From Mycobacteriales bacterium (GTDB taxonomy: Bacteria > Actinomycetota > Actinomycetes > JAFAQI01), in the NCBI GenBank assembly GCA_036268405.1, contig DATAUF010000002.1, positions 6,910 to 70,909 on the forward strand: 64,000 nucleotides of DNA, given 5' to 3'. Made by a program: the position numbers and the translations under genes. Below, one piece after another: positions 26,909 to 34,640 of the stretch. The notes under the pieces were generated by a model. The model saw only the letters and a list, made by a program, of their open reading frames with translations. It did no database searches and was not told the DNA's origin. Each line of letters starts with the position of its first letter. Positions within the stretch are counted from its first letter, which is position 1.

Positions 26909-28090
26909 ATGGATTTCGCGTTGCCTGAGTCGGCGCTCGCGGTGCAGGAAGGCGTCGGCCGGGTCGCAGCAAAGTTCGACCTTGCGTACTGGGACCGTTG
27001 CGACGCCGAGCACACCTGGCCCGAAGAGCTGTGGCAGGAGCTCGCCGGGTCGGGCTGGATCGGCCTGGCAATTCCCGAGGAGTACGGCGGCGGGGGACAA
27101 GGTCTCCTTGAGCTTGTCGTTGCGACCGAGTGCTTGGCGGCAAGTGGGGCCGGCGGCGCTGCGTCGTTGCTCTACGTGCTCACTCCGGGATTCGGTGGGC
27201 TGACCGTTTCGAGGCACGGCACGGCGGAGCAGAAGGCGGAGCTGTTGCCTGGCATGGCGACCGGCGAGATCGAGGCGTGCTTTGCGATCACCGAACCGGA
27301 CGCCGGCAGCAACGCGTTTGCGATCACGACCTTTGCTCGTCGGGAGGGGTCGGACTTCGTCGTCAACGGCCGCAAGATCTGGACCTCGGGTGCGGCGCGC
27401 TCGAAGTGGATGCTCCTGGTCTGCCGGACGACGCTTGCGATCGACAACCCGCGATCGAGCAGTGGCTTCACGATCCTGCTGGTCGACATCCCAGAGGCGC
27501 TCGCCAACGGATCACTGACACTGACACCGGTGCCGAAGATGGGCACCAACGTCGTGCCGTCCTACATGGTCTATCTGGACGACGTCCATGTCCCGGCGTC
27601 GCGGGTGCTGGGTGAGGTCGATCGCGGCTTCACGGTGTTGTGGGACATCCTCAATCCGGAGCGCGCACTGGTAGCGGCGGGTGCCGTCGGAAGCGCGGAC
27701 CTCACCCTTCGGCTCGCCTGTGACTACGCCAACCAACGCGAGGTCTTCGACCGGCCGATCGGCGCCAACCAAGGCGTCGCGTTCCCGTTGGCACACGTCA
27801 AGGCACAGACCGAGCTCGCGCGGTTGATGACGTACAAGGCGGCCTGGCTCTACGACAACGACCTGCCCAGCGGAACCGAGTCCAACGTTGCGAAGTACAC
27901 CGCCGCGAACGCGTGCTTTGACGCGGCGGACCGCGCATTCCAGACCTTCGGCGGGATGGCGTACGCCACCGAGTACCCGATCGCGCGGATCTTTCGCGAT
28001 GCCCGCATCCTCCGGACCATCCCGGTCTCAGAGGAGCTGATCCTCTCTCACATCGCCACGCAGTCGTTGGGCCTGCCGCGCAGCTACTAA
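26909..28090 (+). CDS. Acyl-CoA dehydrogenase
   Basis: FAITEPDAGSNAF; ACAD C-terminal helices; no spaced SD, so possibly leaderless. Confidence 0.9.
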   Translation: MDFALPESALAVQEGVGRVAAKFDLAYWDRCDAEHTWPEELWQELAGSGWIGLAIPEEYGGGGQGLLELVVATECLAASGAGGAASLLYVLTPGFGGLTVSRHGTAEQKAELLPGMATGEIEACFAITEPDAGSNAFAITTFARREGSDFVVNGRKIWTSGAARSKWMLLVCRTTLAIDNPRSSSGFTILLVDIPEALANGSLTLTPVPKMGTNVVPSYMVYLDDVHVPASRVLGEVDRGFTVLWDILNPERALVAAGAVGSADLTLRLACDYANQREVFDRPIGANQGVAFPLAHVKAQTELARLMTYKAAWLYDNDLPSGTESNVAKYTAANACFDAADRAFQTFGGMAYATEYPIARIFRDARILRTIPVSEELILSHIATQSLGLPRSY

Positions 28091-28779
28091 GAGGTCGCGC
28101 GACCTAAAGCCGGCCGTCCGCGTCGCTTGGCGTGCGCCTTGAGTGTCGCGTCATCGCACAAGCTGTGCTCGACAATCGCTTGCGCGGTGCGCAGCACGGT
28201 TTCTAGTGGGTCCCGCTTCGGGTTCCACCACTCGGCCGTCCAGTTGAGGGCGCCGAGCAGGAGCATGCGCGCGCTGAACGGATCGAGCTCGGGCCGGAGC
28301 AGGCCCTCCTTCTCGGCGTCGCGGATAAGCAGCCGCCAGATCTCGCCGTACTTGGCTTCCTCATCCAGCTGGTGTTTGCGGATCGCGTCGGGAACCTGGC
28401 CGGCGTTGCGGATGGCGGCGGTGGTGTAGTCGGAGATGCCGAGCTCGTACCGCAGGTGGGCTTCTGCGGCGACCTTGATCCGGCTGATGGCGTCGGTGCC
28501 CTTCGGGAGCGCGTCGAGCTGGGCCTGGACGTGCTCTCGCATGTGCTCGAGGCCGACCGACATCACGGCCTCGATCAGGTCATCGCGAGATTCGAAGTAG
28601 TAGTAGATCGCTGGAGCCTGGATCTCGGCCTTGTCCGCGACGTCGGTCAGACGAGTGCCTGAGTACCCCTTGCGGCTGAGAACGTAAGCAGCAGCATCAA
28701 GAATCCGCTCTCGGGTGCGCGCTGACTTGCTGTCGTCGCCATCCGTCGGACGTCGACGTGCGGCGACTGCCTTTGCCAT
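28087..28779 (-). CDS. TetR family regulator (paralog 2)
   Basis: ATG 28779; HTH RKGYSGTRLTDVADKAEIQAPAIYYYF. Upstream TATGAT-N6-ATG suggests a leaderless transcript. 3' end overlaps the convergent ACAD by 4 nt. Confidence 0.88.
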   Translation of the reverse strand: MAKAVAARRRPTDGDDSKSARTRERILDAAAYVLSRKGYSGTRLTDVADKAEIQAPAIYYYFESRDDLIEAVMSVGLEHMREHVQAQLDALPKGTDAISRIKVAAEAHLRYELGISDYTTAAIRNAGQVPDAIRKHQLDEEAKYGEIWRLLIRDAEKEGLLRPELDPFSARMLLLGALNWTAEWWNPKRDPLETVLRTAQAIVEHSLCDDATLKAHAKRRGRPALGRATS

Positions 28780-28786
28780 TTTCGAA

Positions 28787-29602
28787 TCATAGAAGAGATG
28801 CGCGAGGGTCGTTGACTGCGATCTCGACGGCCTCACTACCGAGGTACGCGGCGCGCACGATGTCGCTCGAGCCGACCTCGGACGCCGTGCCCTGGAAGAT
28901 CGGCTGACCGAAGTCGAGGACGTGAATGTAGTCACAGACGCTCATGACAAGGCTCATATCGTGCTCGACCAGCAGAACCCCCACACCGTGGTTGGTGACG
29001 AGGCTTCGCAGAATCCGCCCGAACGCGATGGTCTCCACCTTGTCCAGCCCAGAGCTCGGCTCATCGAGCAGCAGGATCTTGAAATCGCCGGCGATTACCC
29101 GCGCGAGCTCCACCAGTCGTCGCTGCCCGGTGCTGAGGTCCGCCGGTCGTCGATCGGCGAGGTCACTGATGCCGCATTGGCTCATCGCCGTCCGCGCTGC
29201 GTCGGTCACGACGACCTGGTCAGCGCGCGAGCTGCGCAGATGCCGGAACGGCTGGCTGCCGGCCATGCCGGCCTCTCGGCCGAGGGCGACGTTCTCGCGA
29301 ACCGACAGCGAGTCGAAGAGCTCCATCTGCTGGAACGTCCGGCCCATACCGAGCTGCGCCCGGTGCTGTGCCGACCGGTGGGTCACATCGTGGCCGAACA
29401 ACTCGACGCGCCCAGAGGTAGGGCGCACTAAGCCGGTGCAGGCGTTGAAGGTCGTGGTCTTTCCCGCGCCGTTGGGTCCGATCAGGCCGGTGATCTGACC
29501 GATCGGTGCTGCGAGGCCGATCTTGTTGACGGCGACGTGGCCGCCATATCGGACGACGATGTCGGAGATGACGAGTCCGGCTGCGGGACGGTCGAGTGTC
29601 AT
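28787..29602 (-). CDS. Branched-chain amino acid-type ABC transporter ATP-binding protein (LivG-like)
   Basis: GPNGAGKTT Walker A, LSTGQRRLVELAR signature, LLLDEPSSGL Walker B. Confidence 0.92.
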   Translation of the reverse strand: MTLDRPAAGLVISDIVVRYGGHVAVNKIGLAAPIGQITGLIGPNGAGKTTTFNACTGLVRPTSGRVELFGHDVTHRSAQHRAQLGMGRTFQQMELFDSLSVRENVALGREAGMAGSQPFRHLRSSRADQVVVTDAARTAMSQCGISDLADRRPADLSTGQRRLVELARVIAGDFKILLLDEPSSGLDKVETIAFGRILRSLVTNHGVGVLLVEHDMSLVMSVCDYIHVLDFGQPIFQGTASEVGSSDIVRAAYLGSEAVEIAVNDPRASLL

Positions 29603-30303
29603 GACACCCCCACCTCGGCGCCGACGTATCGGCTGAACACATCCTCACCTTCGAGCTCGCCAGGATCACCGGCAAAGGCGACCTCGCCGCGGTTCATGAG
29701 ATAGACGATGTCGGCGACTTCGAGTGCTCGGACGACGTACTGCTCGACGAGCAGCAGGCTGACACCTTCGGTTCGAAGCAGCGCGAAGAACGCGAAGATC
29801 TCGTCGACGATCTTAGGGGCGAGCCCCATCGATACTTCGTCAAGCAGGACGATGCGTGGTCGTTGTACGTAGGTCCGCGCCAGCGCCAGCATCTGCTGCT
29901 CGCCGCCGGACATGGTGCGCGCGACTTGACCGAGCCGCTCGCCCAGTCGTGGGAAGGCGCTGACGGCGCGGCTAATGGCACCGGCCTGCTCGCCGCGCGG
30001 TGCCTGGACCAGAAGATTGTCGCGAACCGTCAGGTTGGGGAAGATGCCGCGGCCCTCGGGCACGTGGCACACACCGTGGGCTACGAGTTGGTGCGGCGCC
30101 ATTCCGGTGACGTCATGACCATCGATCTCGATGCGCCCACTGGTGGGGCGGAGCAGCCCCGACGCCACCCGCAGCAACGTCGTCTTGCCGGCACCGTTGG
30201 AGCCAAGGAGTGCGACCACCGAGTGGTCCGGCACGGTGATGCTGACGTTGCGCAGCACTGTCGTGCCGCCATACCCGGCCACGATCCGCTCGAGTGAGAA
30301 CAC
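29599..30303 (-). CDS. Branched-chain amino acid-type ABC transporter ATP-binding protein (LivF-like)
   Basis: GSNGAGKTT, MSGGEQQMLALAR, VLLDEVSMGL; GTG start with GGAGG RBS; ATGA overlap with the LivG-like gene. Confidence 0.92.
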   Translation of the reverse strand: MFSLERIVAGYGGTTVLRNVSITVPDHSVVALLGSNGAGKTTLLRVASGLLRPTSGRIEIDGHDVTGMAPHQLVAHGVCHVPEGRGIFPNLTVRDNLLVQAPRGEQAGAISRAVSAFPRLGERLGQVARTMSGGEQQMLALARTYVQRPRIVLLDEVSMGLAPKIVDEIFAFFALLRTEGVSLLLVEQYVVRALEVADIVYLMNRGEVAFAGDPGELEGEDVFSRYVGAEVGVS

Positions 30304-30336
30304 AGATGCCTCCGACCGATGTTGAACGAAAGCTCA

Positions 30337-30355
30337 TTATTGAAAGTAGGTTCAA
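30337..30355 (-). promoter_or_regulatory. AT-rich 19-nt element, copy H (TTGAACCTACTTTCAATAA)
   Basis: Reverse complement of ttattgaaagtaggttcaa, in the divergent region between the ABC ATPase operon and the surface-module/permease operon. Confidence 0.4.
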
Positions 30356-30399
30356 ATCGGTGTTACGTTACCGCCGTGTTCCTGTCTTGGAAAGCGCGG

Positions 30400-31734
30400 A
30401 TGTCGCTGTGGCTCGGCGCCGTCGGGCTCGTCGGGATCGCGGTCATGCTGCCCGGCCTGGTGGATGCCGCGCACGCCGCATCTGAACCGACGTTCGATGC
30501 GGTAGCAACGGCGTACGGGCTTGACGTGACCGTTGCCAACCAGGACATCCCTCTTGGCCTCACCATCGAAGGCGCCGGTCCAGTGGCGCAGGCCGAGCTG
30601 ACGTCGCTGCCGCAGTCGACGTCGTTCGCGTCGTTGCCGTATCCGGGCGGGACGTTGGTCCAGCTGCCGGGGCTGGTCGGGGCACTGGTGCCTGGCACTC
30701 CCGCGCTGCCCGCGTACCCGGCCTATGTGAGTGCAGCTCTCGATTCAGGGCCACAGAGCAACGACATTCCGGGTGTCACGCTGACTGCCCAGTCGACTCC
30801 GACCAACAGCCAGGCCACCGCGATCGGTGGCACCGGCAGCACCGGATACAGCGCCACCGCCAGTGTCGAGCTGGACTCGGCGGGCAATGTGACCGCCGCC
30901 GGCGACGCGACGTTCAGCGACCTTGGGCTTGGTCAGCTGGTGTCGATCAGCAACGTGCACTCGGCGGCGAGCGAGATCCTCAACAACGGCAGCGGGCAGC
31001 TGACGCATACCTCGTCGCTGACGATCGGCGACATCTCGGTGCCGGGGCTGAAGCTGGCTATCCCGAAGACCACGCCGACGCAGGTTCCGGTGCTCGGCAA
31101 GCTTCCGCCGATTCCGCTGCCGTTCGGTGGCATGACGATCGACGCGCCCGAGCTCGGGTTTGAGAACGGGACGTTCACCGTCTCGCTTCCACTTCTCGGA
31201 AGCGGCAACTACGCGGTGCCCTTCAGCGTGGTGGCGACGGCCCTGAAGGCGGTCGGAATCACCGCGACGTTCGAGCAGCCGATCGTGAAGAAGCAGAGCA
31301 TCGTGTCATCTGCGCTGGTCCTCAGCACCGTCTTGCCCTCGCCGCCCAAGAACCTCCCGATCACCGGACCGGTGCCGGTGACGGTGACCATCGGACGGTC
31401 GACGGCGGCGTTCAGCGGCCACTTGTTGAGCGCACCGGAGTCGACCGGTCCGGCCACAGGTGGCTCACTGCCGGCGACGTCAGCGGGATCATCGTCGTCC
31501 GGAGTTGGTGCCGGCGCCCTTCCGGGACTCGGCGCGATCCCCGGCGATGGGGCGGCGCCACCTGAGCTCGCCGGTCCCCCCACCCAACCCGGGTCCGACT
31601 ATCTCGTCTCCCAAGGTGTGAACCTCCCGGACACCTCGGACATCTATTTGGTCGTCGTTGGCGCGGCGATCATCGGCTCGATCGCTGCACAGGCCCTTCG
31701 AGTGCTAGGGGTGCGTATCCGATGGAACTCATGA
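30400..31734 (+). CDS. Uncharacterized secreted protein with C-terminal membrane anchor
   Basis: ATG 30400 (GGAAAG upstream). Signal peptide MSLWLGAVGLVGIAVMLPGLVDAAHA. T/S/G/A-rich body, G/P/S linker, C-terminal TM IYLVVVGAAIIGSIAAQAL followed by RVLGVRIRW. No family recognized. Confidence 0.75.
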   Translation: MSLWLGAVGLVGIAVMLPGLVDAAHAASEPTFDAVATAYGLDVTVANQDIPLGLTIEGAGPVAQAELTSLPQSTSFASLPYPGGTLVQLPGLVGALVPGTPALPAYPAYVSAALDSGPQSNDIPGVTLTAQSTPTNSQATAIGGTGSTGYSATASVELDSAGNVTAAGDATFSDLGLGQLVSISNVHSAASEILNNGSGQLTHTSSLTIGDISVPGLKLAIPKTTPTQVPVLGKLPPIPLPFGGMTIDAPELGFENGTFTVSLPLLGSGNYAVPFSVVATALKAVGITATFEQPIVKKQSIVSSALVLSTVLPSPPKNLPITGPVPVTVTIGRSTAAFSGHLLSAPESTGPATGGSLPATSAGSSSSGVGAGALPGLGAIPGDGAAPPELAGPPTQPGSDYLVSQGVNLPDTSDIYLVVVGAAIIGSIAAQALRVLGVRIRWNS

Positions 31735-32132
31735 CATTTCTGCGGCGTCAGTGGGACCGCGTTGCGGCCGGCGTGCTGCTGCTTGCCGGGGTCCTGGTGA
31801 TCCTTCTCGGCTGGGTGGGCGTGAGCGGGACGACGCATGTCGCCGCGCAGCTGCCGTACTTCATCTCGGGTGGCTTGTTCGGGTTGTTCCTGCTCGGGGT
31901 CGGCCACATGCTCTGGACGTCTGCCGACCTTCGCGACGAATGGGCCGAGCTGCGCGCTATCCGGACGCTTCTCGAGGATCAAGCGTCGACAACACCAACC
32001 GGCGAACCCGCTGGCGAGCAAGTTGTCGTTGCGACGGAGGCCCCCAACGGCGTCACGCGTCATCCTGCAGCGCGTCGTACGGCGACCGCGGCGGGTGCGG
32101 CGAGGACTCGCCGCGCGAAGGCCGCGCCGTGA
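31731..32132 (+). CDS. Uncharacterized 2-TM membrane protein (paralog a)
   Basis: ATG 31731 overlaps the upstream stop (ATGA); alternative ATG 31722. Motif W-x-G-x3-TTHV-x2-QL-x4/5-GG between two TM segments. Confidence 0.7.
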   Translation: MTFLRRQWDRVAAGVLLLAGVLVILLGWVGVSGTTHVAAQLPYFISGGLFGLFLLGVGHMLWTSADLRDEWAELRAIRTLLEDQASTTPTGEPAGEQVVVATEAPNGVTRHPAARRTATAAGAARTRRAKAAP

Positions 32133-32209
32133 TCCCTCGGCCGTCGATCGTTCGCGAACGCGGCTTCGGGCGGCGAACCATCTCCGGCGCGCGCGACGAA
32201 GGTGCCGCG

Positions 32210-32692
32210 ATGGACCGGAGCTTCGGAGCGTTCGCCATGGGCGCTCCTTGGCAGGTGGCTGACGTCAGCCGATTGCTGTTCCGCGTCGCCTTGGCGTTGG
32301 TCGCGTTTCTCGTCACTTGGTATGGCGCCGCCCACACGACGCATGTCAATCGTCAGTTGGCCTGGCTTGCTGGTGGTTCGGCCGCTGCGGCGATCGGTTT
32401 GGTGGCAGTTGTCGCGTGGGAGACCGCAGGTCTGGCCCGAGTCAGGTATCTCAAGCTCGAGGTTGCCTCAACGATTCGGGTCCGGTACGAAGGCACCGCC
32501 ACCGCCGCGGAAATCCGCAATGCGATCAAGACCACCGATCCCGCGAAGGCCGCGCTCTGGGTCTCTGCTCCCGGAATGCGCCTCTACCATCGGCCCGGCT
32601 GCCAGCTCGCACTAGGCAAACCCGTCAAGCCGGTGAACCGCGCCACGATCGACCGGGCCGGCCTCGCGCCGTGCGGAGCGTGTGACGCGTAG
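32210..32692 (+). CDS. Uncharacterized 2-TM membrane protein (paralog b) with C-terminal Ada-like Zn-binding motif
   Basis: ATG 32210 with GAAGG upstream. Same WYGAAHTTHVNRQLAWLAGG motif. C-terminus YHRPGC-x22-PCGAC. Stop overlaps the permease GTG by 1 nt. Confidence 0.72.
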   Translation: MDRSFGAFAMGAPWQVADVSRLLFRVALALVAFLVTWYGAAHTTHVNRQLAWLAGGSAAAAIGLVAVVAWETAGLARVRYLKLEVASTIRVRYEGTATAAEIRNAIKTTDPAKAALWVSAPGMRLYHRPGCQLALGKPVKPVNRATIDRAGLAPCGACDA

Positions 32693-34608
32693 TGGCCATC
32701 TACCTGGTGATCGGCATCGTGGTCGGCTCCGCCTACGGGATCGCCGCCATGGGCCTCGTGCTGAGCTACAAGACCTCTGGGGTCTTCAACTTCGGCCACG
32801 GCGCGATTGCCGCAGTGGCCGCCTACATCTTCTTCGACCTGCATCAGCGGCACGGCATGGCGTGGCCGCTGGCTGCGCTGGTCGCTGTGGTCGGCTTCGG
32901 TGCGGTTGCCGGGCTGATCATGGAGTACCTCGCTCGCGGCCTGTCGGGGCTTCCCACCCAGGCTCGTGTTGTTGCGACCGTCGGCATCATCGTCTTTGTC
33001 GTCGGGCTGATGCAGCTGATCTTCGGGCCGTCGTCGCTGGACTTCAACAGCTTCCTGTCCCAGCACGTGGTCTTCTCCGTGTCCGGAGTACAGATCACGA
33101 CCGAACGGATTGTGACAATCGGGTTCGGTCTGGTCTCGGCACTTGCGCTGTTCGTGTTCTTCCGGCGTACCTATATCGGCACCGCGATGCGGGCTGTTGT
33201 CGATGACCCTCACCTGCTCGACCTCACTGGCGTTGCGCCGGCGCGGGTCCGGCGGATCTCCTGGGTGATCGGATGCATGTTCGCGGCCGTCTCGGGTCTG
33301 CTCTTTGCGTCCAGCGAGCAGCAGCTTGACGCCACGCTGTTGTCACTGCTCGTGGTGCAGGCATTCGGTGCCGCAGCGATCGGGGCATTTACCAACCTGC
33401 CGCTCGCCTACGCCGGTGGGTTGTTCCTCGGGGTGGTGCAGGAGGTCATCAGCAAGGTGGAGGCCACCCACCAGGCACTCACCGGGCTGGACCAGGTCGT
33501 GCCGTTCATCGCGCTGTTCGTCGTTCTGATCGCCTACCGATCGCGATGGCTCGTCGAACTCGGCGAGTTCGTGCGGACCAGATCGGCATCGACTGCGCAT
33601 CTGCTGAGCAAGCGAACGCTGACCGCGTCGTACGGCATGGTCGCCGTGGCGGCGGTGCTCATCCCGTTTGTCGTCGGCACCAAACTGCCGTCCTGGAACG
33701 CCGGGATGGCGCAGATCGTGCTGTTCCTCTCACTTGGTCTTCTGGTCCGAACCTCAGGACAGATCTCGTTGTGCCAGTGGGGCTTCGCGGCGATCGGGGG
33801 AGCCACGCTTGGTCACCTGCTCGGCCACGGCGTGCCGTGGTTGCTCGCGGTGTTCATCGCCGGACTGGCTGCCGTGCCGGCCGGCCTACTTGTGGCGATC
33901 CCGGCGATTCGCCGGTCCGGGTTGTACCTCGCGCTCGCCACTCTGGGCTTTGGCGTCGTCCTGGAAGAGTTCGTCTACAACCGAAGCTTCCTGTTCGGCG
34001 GCACGGGTGGTCTGATGACCCCGCGGCCGCATCTCTTCGGATTGGAGACGGACAAGGGCTATTACTACACGATGCTGGCGATCGTCGTGTTGTGCATCGG
34101 CCTTGTCGTCGCCGTCGAGCGCTCGCGGCTCGGCCGGTTGCTGCGGGGTCTGGCCGACAGCCCCGTCGCACTCACAACGCTTGGCGCCAACATCAACATC
34201 ACCCGCGTCATCATCTTCTGCACGTCGTCGTTCCTCGCAGGCATCAGCGGCGCCATGCTCGCCTCGCTCTACGGTCAGGTGAACCAAGGGTCGTACAACT
34301 ACTTCTCGTCCATCACCATGCTCGCCGTCTTGTTCGTCTCCGGCCGGACGACGGTGTCGGCGTCGATCGTCGCCGTCCTGCTGAGTGTCGTGCTCCCGGG
34401 CTACATCCAGGGACAGAACTTCTCGGAAGCTCTTCAGATGTCGTTCGGACTTGCGGCGATCGTCTTCGCCCTCATGTCGCAAGGCAGGTTCGGAACCTTC
34501 TTCGGCGCAGCAGCGGCGCGATCCGAGGACCGAACCGAAGGCTCCCGGTTGCGCTCGCGTTCCTCGGTTGCCGCAGTTGAGAACCACTCGTACCTCGTCC
34601 AGGCCTGA
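32692..34608 (+). CDS. Fused LivH-LivM type branched-chain amino acid ABC permease
   Basis: 638 aa. The N-terminal half has LivH features (GVFNFGHGA, GTAMRAVVDDPHLLDLTG). The C-terminal half has LivM features (GQISLCQWGFAAIGG, GRLLRGLADSPVALTTLGANI). Confidence 0.9.
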   Translation: MAIYLVIGIVVGSAYGIAAMGLVLSYKTSGVFNFGHGAIAAVAAYIFFDLHQRHGMAWPLAALVAVVGFGAVAGLIMEYLARGLSGLPTQARVVATVGIIVFVVGLMQLIFGPSSLDFNSFLSQHVVFSVSGVQITTERIVTIGFGLVSALALFVFFRRTYIGTAMRAVVDDPHLLDLTGVAPARVRRISWVIGCMFAAVSGLLFASSEQQLDATLLSLLVVQAFGAAAIGAFTNLPLAYAGGLFLGVVQEVISKVEATHQALTGLDQVVPFIALFVVLIAYRSRWLVELGEFVRTRSASTAHLLSKRTLTASYGMVAVAAVLIPFVVGTKLPSWNAGMAQIVLFLSLGLLVRTSGQISLCQWGFAAIGGATLGHLLGHGVPWLLAVFIAGLAAVPAGLLVAIPAIRRSGLYLALATLGFGVVLEEFVYNRSFLFGGTGGLMTPRPHLFGLETDKGYYYTMLAIVVLCIGLVVAVERSRLGRLLRGLADSPVALTTLGANINITRVIIFCTSSFLAGISGAMLASLYGQVNQGSYNYFSSITMLAVLFVSGRTTVSASIVAVLLSVVLPGYIQGQNFSEALQMSFGLAAIVFALMSQGRFGTFFGAAAARSEDRTEGSRLRSRSSVAAVENHSYLVQA

Positions 34609-34640
34609 TCAGCGTCGATGCCGTCCGTAAGGAGTACGTC

